Below, in pieces: positions 1 through 12,048 of a DNA stretch of 64,000 nt; within the stretch, counting starts at the first letter, position 1, and each line of letters starts with the position of its first letter. This DNA comes from Rhodospirillales bacterium (GTDB lineage: Bacteria > Pseudomonadota > Alphaproteobacteria > Rhodospirillales > Defluviicoccaceae): NCBI GenBank assembly GCA_046348775.1, contig JAXMDO010000004.1, positions 1,832 to 65,831 on the forward strand, written 5' to 3'. The notes beneath the pieces are model-generated. The model searched no databases. It saw nothing but the letters and a program-made list of their open reading frames with translations, and was not told the DNA's origin. The position numbers and the translations under genes were made by a program.

Positions 1-400
1 TCAGATAGGACGGGATGTTGACCCGGCGGCCGTTGACCCGCACATGCCCGTGGTTGATGAACTGGCGGGAGGCGAAGACGGTCGGCACCAGCTTCAGCCG
101 ATAGACGACGGCGTCCAGGCGCCGCTCGAGGATGCCGATCAGATTTTCCGAGGTGTCGCCGCGCCGGCGCACCGCCTCGGCGTAGTACTTGCGGAACTGC
201 TTTTCGCTGATGTTGCCGTAATAGCCCTTCAGCTTCTGCTTTGCCATCAACTGGGTGCCGAAGTCGGTGGGCTTCTTGCGCCGCTGGCCGTGCTCGCCCG
301 GTCCGTAGTCGCGATTGTTGAGCGGGCTCTTGGAACGGCCCCAGAGGTTGACGCCGAGGCGTCGGTTGATCTTGTATTTCGCTTCGATGCGCTTGGTCAT
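1..400 (-). CDS. rpsD: 30S ribosomal protein S4, N-terminal 133 codons (3' end lies beyond the window start)
   Basis: Hand translation of the minus strand from the ATG (cat at 398-400) gives [133 protein letters not shown]. The frame then runs off the window. This is a classic S4 N-terminus plus the start of the S4 RNA-binding domain. It is not in the ORF track because it is truncated by the edge. Confidence 0.9.
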   Translation of the reverse strand, partial: MTKRIEAKYKINRRLGVNLWGRSKSPLNNRDYGPGEHGQRRKKPTDFGTQLMAKQKLKGYYGNISEKQFRKYYAEAVRRRGDTSENLIGILERRLDAVVYRLKLVPTVFASRQFINHGHVRVNGRRVNIPSYL

Positions 401-566
401 GTCAAACTCGCGATCATTTTCAGGATGTTATTGTCCCGGTAGGTCTGAGCCGCGGACACGGCCAGACGGGGCGCTCCTGCACCCACGTTCCCGGAAGTGG
501 CGGGCGATATAGCCGAAAGCCGCAGGTCATGTCAAATCGGCCGGATCAAAGGGGCAGGCGGCGGCA

Positions 567-1964
567 TTACGTCCCTTGGACACAAAACGCGGACTCGATC
601 TCGCCGCGCATCCGCCTCGCGTACGCGGGCCAGTCGGTGGGACGGAACCGCTCGCGGATGCGCTGGCTGCGGCTGGCGAGGAAGGCTTCGTGGAAGATGG
701 CTGTCTCGACCAGGGCGTAGGCTTGGCTGAGTTCATAGGGATCGAAGTAATCGACCAGATCGCCGCCCACCTCCGGGATCGATGCCTGATCGGAAGCGAG
801 GCACGGCTTGCCGAAACCGAGGCTTTCCGCCACCGGCAGTCCGAAGCCTTCGTAGAAGCTGGGAAAAACGGTGAACGCGCAGCGCCTGTAGGCGAGGGCG
901 AGGAGCGCGTCATCGGCCTCGGCAATCCAGGTGATCTTGCCGCCGAGGTACCCGGCATTGCTCAATTCCGAGAGAAAATCGTTGGACTGCCAGCCGCGTT
1001 TGCCGAGCAACACCAGATCGGGCACCGCCGCCGGCGGATGGCGGTCGAGCAGGCGCTTCCAGAGGTAGAAAAGCAGCCGATGGTTCTTGCGTGGTTCGAT
1101 CGTGCTGACGTACAAGGCGAAACGGCCGGGCAACGCAAAACGGTCGGGGAGCGCCGCCGCCGCGTCGGACGATACGGGCCACGGCCCGGGGCCGATGATG
1201 TCCGCTTTCGCCTCTTTGCCGCCATCCTCTTCGGCAACGGTGTCCGGGCGGCGGGGCAGGGTGTGCGGCAGCGGCACCGTCGCCAGCCGTCGGCAGGCGA
1301 TACCGGCGGCTCCGGCGAGTTGAGCCACGTCGGAGCAGGTATGGGCCGATGGCGTCAGGATGAGCGCCGCCCGCCGGGCGACGAACGCAAACCACCGTTC
1401 GAACGACTCGAACGTGCGAACCTTGCACCATTCGCGGAACTTGAGCGGGATGACGTCATGGATGACGACGATCACCGGCATGACCAGGCGCTCGACCGTC
1501 GCCTCCAGATGGCGGAGCTTCGCCTGATTGGTGACGATCCCGGCGTAGAACAGGGCGTCGCCGGGCGCGAAGGGGGCCTGCTCGCCCTTGAGCCGCCGCC
1601 GCAGCGGGCCGAGAACCCGGTGCCCTTTCGCTCGCACCAGCGGTGCACCACCGCCGCCGACCCGGGCGAGCAGGGCGCGAGTCGCCTCGTCCGGGAGCGC
1701 AAAGAACCCCTCGTGTCGCTTGTAGTAGCAGAAGCGGAGCCGCGGGTGCCCGTCCGCGTCCGCCTGCGCCCCTGCGGCGCCGCCAACTCCCCCGCGATCG
1801 GCGAGGAACTCCGCCGCGAGCCCGGCGATCACCCGCTGGATGCCGGTCAACGGACCGCTCCAGACGGCAAGATCGGTGAGATCGAACCAGAGCGTCGGCC
1901 TTGCGCCGACGGGATCGCGCGTATCGGTCACCACCACCACCTCGACCGGAAGCCCCGGCTTCAC
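567..1964 (-). CDS. Glycosyltransferase, GT-B fold (family 1/4 type)
   Basis: 465-aa ORF. The C-terminal half has the GT1/GT4 signature: EPRKNHRLL...LVLLGKRGW...FTVFPSFYEGFGLPVAESLGFGKPCLASDQASIPEVGGD (EX7E-type block). Confidence 0.8.
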   Translation of the reverse strand: MKPGLPVEVVVVTDTRDPVGARPTLWFDLTDLAVWSGPLTGIQRVIAGLAAEFLADRGGVGGAAGAQADADGHPRLRFCYYKRHEGFFALPDEATRALLARVGGGGAPLVRAKGHRVLGPLRRRLKGEQAPFAPGDALFYAGIVTNQAKLRHLEATVERLVMPVIVVIHDVIPLKFREWCKVRTFESFERWFAFVARRAALILTPSAHTCSDVAQLAGAAGIACRRLATVPLPHTLPRRPDTVAEEDGGKEAKADIIGPGPWPVSSDAAAALPDRFALPGRFALYVSTIEPRKNHRLLFYLWKRLLDRHPPAAVPDLVLLGKRGWQSNDFLSELSNAGYLGGKITWIAEADDALLALAYRRCAFTVFPSFYEGFGLPVAESLGFGKPCLASDQASIPEVGGDLVDYFDPYELSQAYALVETAIFHEAFLASRSQRIRERFRPTDWPAYARRMRGEIESAFCVQGT

Positions 1965-2111
1965 GGATTATCGTTCGACTTGCGGGCGGCCGGCGCTGGG
2001 CGTAAGCCCACAAACCTGACCCCCGGCAGATCCCACCCCTCCGCCTGCCGGTCCCGCCCGGCCCGCGTCAGTCCGCCGGCGCCGACCAAGGAGACAGTAG
2101 CCTTGCGGATC

Positions 2112-3170
2112 ATGGCACGGCCCGCGTTCAAGAACCGCGCGCGCAATCCCTACAACGATCTGCTCTATACCGCCATCCGTGAGGCGGGTGCCGAGGTGCG
2201 GGAATATGCGTCGTGGCCGCTGATCCTATCCGACTGGGACATTTTGCACATCCACTGGCCGGAAAGCCTGCTTGAGACCAAGTCGTGGCTGCACGCCCGC
2301 TGGTCGGAGATCAAGTATCTCAGCCTCCTCGACCGGGCCCGGCGCAAGGGCACGCGAATCGTCTGGACCGTCCATGATCTGAAGCCGCACGACCTGGTGT
2401 TCCCGGAGCTGGAGCGCCGCTTCTGGCAGGCCGTCCTCGATCGCATCGACGGCGTGATCGGTCTCACCCGGACCGGACTCGATCTTGCCCATCAGCGGTT
2501 CCCCCACCTGGCATCGCGGCCGTCATTCGTCGTTCCCCACGGTCACTATCGGGACCGTTATCCAAACGACATCGACAAGGCGGAGGCGCGGCGACGTCTG
2601 CGGGTGGCCGGCGAGGCGACGGTCATCACTTACTTCGGTCAGATCAGGCCTTACAAGAACGTACCCCGCCTGATCGCCTCGGTGCGGGAACTGGAGAAGC
2701 CGGTCACGCTGTTCGTCTGCGGGCGGCTGAGCAAGCGCGTCGATATGACGGAAGAACTTGTGCAGGCCGCCGGTGGCGATCCGAGAATTCGGCTGGAAAT
2801 CCGGTTCATTGCCGACGAAGACGTGCAATTGTATCTGAACGCTGCCGATCTGCTAGTATTCCCTTATCGCGATATCCTGAATTCGGGGAGTGCGTTGTTA
2901 GGACTCTCGTTCGATCGACCCGTTCTGGTACCGAAGCTGGGCGCCCTGGGCGAATTGCGGGATGCGGTCGGCGCGGACTGGGTGCGCACCTACGACGGCG
3001 ACCTTGACGCGGCCGTCCTGGCATCGGCGCTGGACTGGGCAGGCGGTTCGACGCGCGGATCGGCGCCGCTCGCCGGTTTCGGCTGGGACGCGATCGCCCG
3101 GCAGACGCTTGCCGCTTTCGGCGAAATTGCCCGTTCGCCATTCTCCGGCCGGCGGATACAGGCGGCATGA
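2112..3170 (+). CDS. Glycosyltransferase, GT-B fold (group 1-like)
   Basis: Only the 3' part of the 576..3170 ORF looks real. From the ATG at 2112 it reads MARPAFKNRARNPYNDLLYTAI...WTVHDLKPHD...YFGQIRPYKNVPRLI...LVFPYRDILNSGSALLGLSFDRPVLVPKLGALGEL. It is divergent from the GT at 567..1964. Confidence 0.7.
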   Translation: MARPAFKNRARNPYNDLLYTAIREAGAEVREYASWPLILSDWDILHIHWPESLLETKSWLHARWSEIKYLSLLDRARRKGTRIVWTVHDLKPHDLVFPELERRFWQAVLDRIDGVIGLTRTGLDLAHQRFPHLASRPSFVVPHGHYRDRYPNDIDKAEARRRLRVAGEATVITYFGQIRPYKNVPRLIASVRELEKPVTLFVCGRLSKRVDMTEELVQAAGGDPRIRLEIRFIADEDVQLYLNAADLLVFPYRDILNSGSALLGLSFDRPVLVPKLGALGELRDAVGADWVRTYDGDLDAAVLASALDWAGGSTRGSAPLAGFGWDAIARQTLAAFGEIARSPFSGRRIQAA

Positions 3171-4129
3171 ACGACGCGGGAGAGCCGTCGAAGGAGGAGT
3201 CGCTCGCCGACGTCGTGGCGCGCAATCGTGCTCATCATCTACCGGGCGCGGCGGCCGCGCCCGTCGGCGGTGCCCAGGGACGGACGTTTGCCGCCGTCAC
3301 CACCTGCCATGCCGAAGGCTGGCAACTTTACGGCCGCGACATGGTCGAGAGCTTCCTCCGCTACTGGCCGCCGTCGGTCTCCCTTTACCTTTACGCCGAA
3401 GGCTTCGCCCCCGATCTCACCGATCCGCGGGTGGTCTGGCTCGACCTGCTGGGTGAATGCCCGGAGCTGGTGGCGTTCAAGGAACGGCATCGGGAGAATC
3501 CGATGGCCCATGGCACCCAGGCGCGCCACCGCTGGGAGGTGAAGGTCCGCATCCGCAATCCGCTGTTCCGCGTGCGCAAGGTGGAAGACTGGGGGTGCGG
3601 CTACCGGTGGGATGCCGTCCGCTTCAGCCACAAGCCGTTCGCCATTTTCGATGCGGCCCGCCGGGCCACCACCGATGTGCTGTTCTGGATCGACGCCGAC
3701 ATTCGCGTCTTCGCCGATGTGCCGCTGAGCTTCCTCGAAGCGGTCATGCCGCCCGACTGCTTCATCAGCTATCTCCGGCGGCCGCGTTTCTCCGAGTGCG
3801 GCTTCGTCGGCTACAACCTGAGGCATCCGGGCACCCGCGTCTTTCTCGCCGAGTTCGAGCGGCTGTACACCACGGATGCCCTGTTCAAGGAGCGCGAGTT
3901 CCACGACTCGTTCCTGTTCGATGTCGTCCGCCGACGGCTGGAAGGGCGCCACTGCGCCGGTTACGACATCGGTCAGGGGATCGGCGACGAGGGCGGCCAC
4001 GTCTTCGTCAATTCGCCGCTCGGCCAGTACATGGATCACATGAAAGGCGAGCGGAAAGCGGAAGGCCGCAGCCGGGAAAGCGATCTGATCGTCACCCGCG
4101 ACGAAGATTACTGGCACAACGGCTCCTGA
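3167..4129 (+). CDS. Uncharacterised protein, possible GT-A-type (DXD) glycosyltransferase
   Basis: 320-aa ORF whose start overlaps the previous stop (ATGA). It contains a DXD-like block FWIDADIRVF and conserved-looking blocks YRWDAVRFSHKPFAI and ECGFVGYNL. I do not recognise a named family. Confidence 0.45.
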   Translation: MNDAGEPSKEESLADVVARNRAHHLPGAAAAPVGGAQGRTFAAVTTCHAEGWQLYGRDMVESFLRYWPPSVSLYLYAEGFAPDLTDPRVVWLDLLGECPELVAFKERHRENPMAHGTQARHRWEVKVRIRNPLFRVRKVEDWGCGYRWDAVRFSHKPFAIFDAARRATTDVLFWIDADIRVFADVPLSFLEAVMPPDCFISYLRRPRFSECGFVGYNLRHPGTRVFLAEFERLYTTDALFKEREFHDSFLFDVVRRRLEGRHCAGYDIGQGIGDEGGHVFVNSPLGQYMDHMKGERKAEGRSRESDLIVTRDEDYWHNGS

Positions 4130-4410
4130 CGCCGCGCCGGATCATCCGCCGTCGGCCGTAGTTGATCTTTCGTCTCCCCTTTGAGCGTCGTTTCTGCTTT
4201 AACACGGCTCCGACGGGTCGATGCAGGGACGGATGGCCCCATCTTTGCTCCGCATCGCCGATGGCTGGTGCTCGGAAGGCACGGCCCAAGAAACGCGAGG
4301 GGAGGCTGGACGTGATCGGGCGGGCCACCGGTGCCATCGGCATCGTGGCTGCGGCGCTTCACCCTCCTTCCCGAGCCCGTTCTTTCGTGGCGAGGAGAGA
4401 CGCCGTCGGC

Positions 4411-5325
4411 ATGTCGTACTTCCTGCAGCAACTGATCAACGGCGTCACTCTCGGCTCCATCTACGGGCTGATCGCCATCGGTTACACCATGGTCTACGGC
4501 ATTGTCGGCATGATCAATTTCGCCCACGGCGAGATCTTCATGATCGGCGCCTTCGTCGCCCTGATCACCTTCTTGTTCATCGGCTCTCTCGGCATTACCT
4601 GGCTGCCGCTCGCCATCCTCATCGTGTTGCTGTCGGCGATGCTATTTACCGCCGTCTACGGCTGGACGCTCGAGCGGATCGCCTATCGGCCCTTGCGTCG
4701 GGCGCCCCGCCTGGCGCCGCTCATCTCGGCGATCGGCATGTCCATCTTCCTGCAGAATTACGTGCAGATCCTGCAGGGCCCCCGCACCAAGTCGCTGCCG
4801 CCGGTTATCGAAGGCGGCATCCTGGTCTCCGATCCCGCGGAGTTCGTCGTCCGCATCAGCTACATGGAGATCATGACCGTCGCGACGACGGTGATCCTGA
4901 TGGTGGTGTTTTCCCTGATCATCGGCCGCACCGCCATCGGCCGGGCCCAGCGAGCCTGCCAGCAGGACCGGACGATGGCGGCGTTGGTCGGCATCAATGT
5001 CGATCGGACGATCTCCATCACCTTCGTCATCGGCGCCGCCCTCGCCGCGGTCGCCGGCATGATGTTCACCTTCCGCTACGGTGTCATTGACTTCTTCATC
5101 GGCTTTCTCGCCGGCATCAAGGCGTTCACCGCGGCGGTCCTGGGCGGCATCGGCTCGCTGCCCGGCGCCATGCTCGGCGGGCTGCTGATCGGCATGATCG
5201 AGGTCTTCTGGTCCGCCTACTTTACGATCGAATACAAGGACGTGGCAGCGTTCGCCATCCTCATCATGGTGCTCATCTTCCGGCCGACCGGACTCCTCGG
5301 TCGCCCCGAAATCGAGAAGGTGTGA
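4411..5325 (+). CDS. livH: Branched-chain amino-acid ABC transporter permease LivH
   Basis: From the ATG at 4411: MSYFLQQLINGVTLGSIYGLIAIGYTMVYGIVGMINFAHGEIFMIGAF, a typical LivH N-terminus. The upstream part of ORF 4162..5325 is arginine-rich and non-protein-like. Confidence 0.9.
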   Translation: MSYFLQQLINGVTLGSIYGLIAIGYTMVYGIVGMINFAHGEIFMIGAFVALITFLFIGSLGITWLPLAILIVLLSAMLFTAVYGWTLERIAYRPLRRAPRLAPLISAIGMSIFLQNYVQILQGPRTKSLPPVIEGGILVSDPAEFVVRISYMEIMTVATTVILMVVFSLIIGRTAIGRAQRACQQDRTMAALVGINVDRTISITFVIGAALAAVAGMMFTFRYGVIDFFIGFLAGIKAFTAAVLGGIGSLPGAMLGGLLIGMIEVFWSAYFTIEYKDVAAFAILIMVLIFRPTGLLGRPEIEKV

Positions 5326-5327
5326 GG

Positions 5328-6652
<1,325 letters not shown>

Positions 6653-6656
<4 letters not shown>

Positions 6657-7579
6657 GCACTGCGGAGGGGGCCGGCGCCGTCGCCGGAGCGGCCGGAGCA
6701 TCCTCGGTCCCGCTGCTTACCGTCGAGCATCTGACCATGCGCTTCGGCGGCCTGGTCGCCGTCGATGACGTGTCCTTCGTCGCCGAAGCCGGGGCAATCA
6801 CCGCCGTCATCGGTCCCAATGGGGCCGGCAAGACGACCATCTTCAACTGCCTGACCGGCTTCTATAAGCCGTCGGTAGGGCGGCTGACCCTCCACCATCC
6901 CGAGCACGGCCGTTTCCTTCTCGAGCGCATGGACGGTTTCCGCATCGCCCAACAGGCGAGGGTTGCCCGCACGTTCCAGAACATCCGCCTCTTCCCGGCG
7001 ATGACCGTCCTCGAAAACCTGATCGTCGCCCAGCACAACAAGCTGATGCACGCCTCCCAGTGGACCATCGGCGGCCTGTTCGGCCTCAGCCGCTATCGCA
7101 GGGCGGAGCGGGCGGCCGTCGATCTCGCCCGCTACTGGCTCGATCGCATGCAGCTGAGCAAACGGGCGGATCAGCCGGCGTCGGCGCTGTCCTACGGCGA
7201 GCAGCGGCGCGCCGAGATCGCGCGTGCCATGTGCATCGAGCCGGCGTTGCTCTGTCTCGATGAACCGGCCGCCGGGCTCAACCCGCGGGAAACGGCGGAA
7301 CTGAACCAGCTTCTGCTCTCCATTCGGGAGCGTCAGGGCATCGGCCTGCTGTTGATCGAGCACGACATGAGTGTCGTCATGGGCATCTCGGACCACGTCG
7401 TCGTCTTCGACTACGGCCGCAAGATTGCCGAGGGACCGCCGGCACAGATTCGCAACGATCCGCACGTCATCCGCGCCTATCTCGGCGAGGTCGACAGCGA
7501 CGAAGACGATGGCGAGGCCGAGAGCGCAGACGAGGGTAATCCGGCGGCCGCGGGGTCGGGTAAGGGCGGGGTCGGGTAA
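6653..7579 (+). CDS. livG: Branched-chain amino-acid ABC transporter ATP-binding protein LivG
   Basis: Walker A GPNGAGKTT, signature LSYGEQRR, Walker B LLCLDEPAAGL, and the LivG-type ending IRAYLGE. GTGA overlap with livM. It carries an extra roughly 29-aa acidic/Gly tail. Confidence 0.9.
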
Positions 7580-7581
7580 GG

Positions 7582-8316
7582 ATGAGCGCGGGGATCGCCG
7601 ATCCGGTCCTGGAAGTGACCGATGTCTACGCCTCCTACGGCAGCGTCGAGGCGCTGCGGGGGGTTTCGATCGCCGTCGGCCGCGGCGAGATCGTCACCCT
7701 GATCGGTGCCAACGGCGCCGGCAAGACGACGATCCTGATGAGCATCTGCGGCCAGCCCCGTCCGACCCACGGGCGGATCGTCTTCAACGGCCATGACATC
7801 ACCCGCATGCCGACCGAACGCATTATCGCATCCGGCATCGCCCATGCGCCGGAGGGCCGCCGCATCTTCTCGCGGATGAGCGTACTGGAAAACCTGAAGA
7901 TCGGCGCCACGGCGGCTCCCGGGGATACGTTCGAGACCGACCTCGCTCGCGTCTACGGGCTGTTCCCACTCCTGAAGGAGCGCTCCGACCAACGCGGCGG
8001 TACCCTGTCCGGCGGCGAGCAGCAGATGCTGGCGATCGGCCGGGCGCTGATGAGCCGGCCGCGGCTGTTGCTGCTGGACGAGCCGTCGCTGGGTCTGGCG
8101 CCGATGATGGTCAAGCAGATCTTCCGCATCATCAAGGACATCAATGAGAAGGAAGGGGTGACCGTGTTTCTGGTCGAGCAGAACGCCCACCACGCCCTGC
8201 GCATCGCCCATCGCGGCTATGTGCTGGTCAACGGCCGAGTGAGCCTCTCCGGGCGTTCCACCGACCTCCTCAACAACGAAGAGGTGCGCGCCGCCTATCT
8301 GGAGGGCGAGGGATGA
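7582..8316 (+). CDS. livF: Branched-chain amino-acid ABC transporter ATP-binding protein LivF
   Basis: Walker A GANGAGKTT, signature LSGGEQQML, Walker B LLLLDEPSLGLAP, and the ending VRAAYLEG. Confidence 0.9.
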   Translation: MSAGIADPVLEVTDVYASYGSVEALRGVSIAVGRGEIVTLIGANGAGKTTILMSICGQPRPTHGRIVFNGHDITRMPTERIIASGIAHAPEGRRIFSRMSVLENLKIGATAAPGDTFETDLARVYGLFPLLKERSDQRGGTLSGGEQQMLAIGRALMSRPRLLLLDEPSLGLAPMMVKQIFRIIKDINEKEGVTVFLVEQNAHHALRIAHRGYVLVNGRVSLSGRSTDLLNNEEVRAAYLEGEG

Positions 8317-8684
8317 TCGACATCAGCCTCACCGCCATTGTCGGCCCGTCGCTTGCTGCATTCCTGGGGGTGACGGTCGTCCTTGCCGGGGCGACGGCCT
8401 GGATCGCCGGCCACGCGCTCGCGTCGACCTGGAAGCCGGGTTGGCAGGTGGTGTTCTCCTGCCTACTGCTGGCCGCGGCGGCCCGCTTTCTTCTGTTCGC
8501 CCTGTTCGGGGGACGCTTGTTCTCGGTGACCGGCTACGTCGTCGCCGCGCTCATCCTTCTCGTCTTTGGCATCGTCTCGTTCAGAACCAATCGGGCGCGA
8601 AAGATGGTCAGCCAGTATCCGTGGTTGTACGAGCGCCGCGGTCTGTTCGGCTGGGCGGAGCGATCCGCGGAATCGGCTGGGTAG
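8313..8684 (+). CDS. Small integral membrane protein of unknown function, embedded in the liv operon
   Basis: 123-aa ORF overlapping the livF stop (ATGA). About three predicted hydrophobic helices, then a basic/aromatic tail (RTNRARKMVSQYPWLYERRGLFGW). Confidence 0.6.
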   Translation: MIDISLTAIVGPSLAAFLGVTVVLAGATAWIAGHALASTWKPGWQVVFSCLLLAAAARFLLFALFGGRLFSVTGYVVAALILLVFGIVSFRTNRARKMVSQYPWLYERRGLFGWAERSAESAG

Positions 8685-8779
8685 GCGGATATTTTTCAGA
8701 CCGAAGGTTGAAAGTCTTGCGAGACGATCACAGCCTCCGCTATGCGACATGCGAGCCTTGAGAGGCACCACAAAGGGAG

Positions 8780-9898
<1,119 letters not shown>

Positions 9899-9917
9899 TC
9901 CTGTCTTTGGCGCGGCA

Positions 9918-9940
9918 GGGCCCGGCTTTCGTCCGGGCCC
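9918..9940 (+). terminator. GC-rich hairpin downstream of livK (candidate intrinsic terminator, no clear U-tract)
   Basis: gggcccgg-ctttcgt-ccgggccc: a perfect 8-bp stem starting 20 nt after the livK stop. Confidence 0.35.
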
Positions 9941-10248
9941 CGTCCGCCCACTCCGGCCGGCCGCTCGCTCCGGCGACAGGAGATCGGCGCCCACCTTCCC
10001 AATTCCATTTTCATCGATCCCCGCGCGCCGACCGCATCCAAAGCGGGGCCTGATCCGTTCATCCTGGGAGGGCCCAGCAATCCCCTTGAGCCCGGCCGAT
10101 GGTCGGCGCACCATGGGGCGATTGACGGGTGCTTCCAAAGCGCCGCGGTCGCGTCGCGGGGGTGGGTGAAAGCTTGAATTTTCCGCGCCGAAGGGCAAGC
10201 TGCGTCCACTGAAACGCGCTGGCGATCCGGGTCAAGGGCTGCGAATAA

Positions 10249-12048
10249 ATGAATTCGCCGACGAGGAAAAAGAAACGGCGGAGCACGCCGAAAAAGGTGT
10301 GGCTCTGGATCAAGGCGCTGCGGCGCATTCTCCGCCTGGTCGATGGGCGGAGACGGGCGATCGTGGTCATCGGCCTGTTTATTGCCAGCATCCTGGAGTT
10401 GCTCGGGCTCACCATGATCCTGCCGTTGTTGGCGACGGCGGCCCACATGAAGGAGGCGAAGGGGGTCGGCATCGCCATCCAGAGCGCGCTGGAGGCCGTC
10501 GGGCTGTCCGCCGATCCGTTGTTTTTCCTGACGGTGATCGTCATCGGCCTCAGCCTTAAGGCGTTGCTCTCGGTCAACGTGACCCGTTACGTCAGCGACC
10601 TCGTCGGGGAGATCAGCTGTCGCTACCAGTTGGATCTGACTCGGGCGCTGATGCGCTCCCAGTGGAGCTATTTCATCCGCCAGCCCCTGGGTCGGTTGGT
10701 GCACGCGGTCGGACCGGAGGCGGCGGCTGTTGGCGAGAGCTTCTCTTACGCCACCACCATCCTCGCCAATGCGCTGCAGGCCATGCTGTTCATGGGCCTG
10801 GCTGCCTTCGTATCCTGGAAGCTGCTGGTGGTGACGCTCGTCATCACCTTCATCTTGATGTTCAGCTTCGGCAAGATGGTGCAGCAGGGCCGGGCCGCGT
10901 CGCGCCGCCACCGAGAGCACATGCGCAGCCACGCCGCTCACTTCACCGACGCGATGATCGGCATCAAGCAGATCCGCGCCATGGGTCGCACCGAGCATTT
11001 CAATCGCATCTTCGAGGATGAAGCGCGGATGCTGGCGTCGACGCTGCAGACGCGCATCCTCAGCGGTGATTATGCCGCCGACCTGCAGGAGCCGGTGATC
11101 GGCGGCCTGATCGCCGCCGGCTTTTTCCTCGCCCTGGGACCGCTGCAGCTCCCTTTGAACGACGTACTGATCATGGGCATCCTGCTGATCCGCACCTTCG
11201 GAGCGATCGCGCCCATGCAGCGCCAGTTGCACAAGTTCACGCAGACCTACGATCAATTCCAGGCGATCGAGGCCATGCTGCGGTCGACCCGCGCCGCCGC
11301 CGAGGTCTCCACCGGCCATCTGCAGCCGACGTTGAACGACGGCGTCCGCTTGGAGGACGTCAGCTTCGCCTATGGCGACAAGGTCGTCCTCGATAATCTA
11401 TCGATCTCGATCCCGCGCGGCCGGATCACCACCCTGGCCGGCCCGTCCGGAGTTGGCAAGTCGACCACCGTCGACCTCATCGTCGGCCTGCACCGGCCCC
11501 AGGATGGCCGTATCCTCGTCGACGGCGTCGATCTGATGGAAATCGATCTGGAGGCGTGGCGCAACACCCTCGGCTACGTCCCCCAGGAGATCACCCTCTT
11601 CCACGATACCATCTTCCGCAACGTCAGCCTGTGGGCGGAAGGCGTCTCCGAGGCGGATGTGGAGGCGGCGCTGCGCCTCGCTGGGGCCTGGGACTTCGTC
11701 AAGGAGAAGCCGGAGGGCGTCAACTGGGGAGTCGGCGAGCGCGGCAATCAGCTTTCGGGCGGGCAGCGGCAGCGGATCTCCCTCGCCCGGGCTCTTCTGC
11801 ATCACCCGAAGCTGCTGATCCTCGACGAGGCGACGACCGGTCTCGATCCGGAAACCGAGGCGGGCATCTGCGCCCACATCCGCTCGCTCTGCGACGATCA
11901 CGGGCTGACCGTCCTCGCCATTTCCCACCAGTCGGCGTGGCAGCATGTAGCCGATCGAGTCTACCTGTTCGGGGGCGGAACCGCCATCGAGCAGGAGCGG
12001 GGCGCCGTCGCCCGGCCTGCTCCGGTCGGCGCCGAGGCCACCGGGTGA
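10249..12048 (+). CDS. ABC exporter, fused transmembrane and ATPase domains (MsbA/ABCB-like)
   Basis: 599 aa. N-terminal six-helix-type TMD. C-terminal NBD with Walker A GPSGVGKST, signature LSGGQRQRISLARAL and Walker B LLILDEATTGLD. Confidence 0.85.
   Translation: MNSPTRKKKRRSTPKKVWLWIKALRRILRLVDGRRRAIVVIGLFIASILELLGLTMILPLLATAAHMKEAKGVGIAIQSALEAVGLSADPLFFLTVIVIGLSLKALLSVNVTRYVSDLVGEISCRYQLDLTRALMRSQWSYFIRQPLGRLVHAVGPEAAAVGESFSYATTILANALQAMLFMGLAAFVSWKLLVVTLVITFILMFSFGKMVQQGRAASRRHREHMRSHAAHFTDAMIGIKQIRAMGRTEHFNRIFEDEARMLASTLQTRILSGDYAADLQEPVIGGLIAAGFFLALGPLQLPLNDVLIMGILLIRTFGAIAPMQRQLHKFTQTYDQFQAIEAMLRSTRAAAEVSTGHLQPTLNDGVRLEDVSFAYGDKVVLDNLSISIPRGRITTLAGPSGVGKSTTVDLIVGLHRPQDGRILVDGVDLMEIDLEAWRNTLGYVPQEITLFHDTIFRNVSLWAEGVSEADVEAALRLAGAWDFVKEKPEGVNWGVGERGNQLSGGQRQRISLARALLHHPKLLILDEATTGLDPETEAGICAHIRSLCDDHGLTVLAISHQSAWQHVADRVYLFGGGTAIEQERGAVARPAPVGAEATG

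Noticed and set aside
576-2111. N-terminal 512 codons of the 864-aa plus-strand ORF 576..3170
   Set aside because: - This part is antisense to the well-supported glycosyltransferase at 567..1964 and has shadow-ORF composition.
- Recognisable glycosyltransferase sequence begins only at the ATG at 2112.
10113-10169. 18-codon ORF (MGRLTGASKAPRSRRGGG) upstream of the ABC exporter as a possible exported-peptide precursor
   Set aside because: - It has no RBS.
- Its composition is that of random high-GC sequence.
- It has no leader or core features such as a double-Gly or a Cys/Ser/Thr-rich core.
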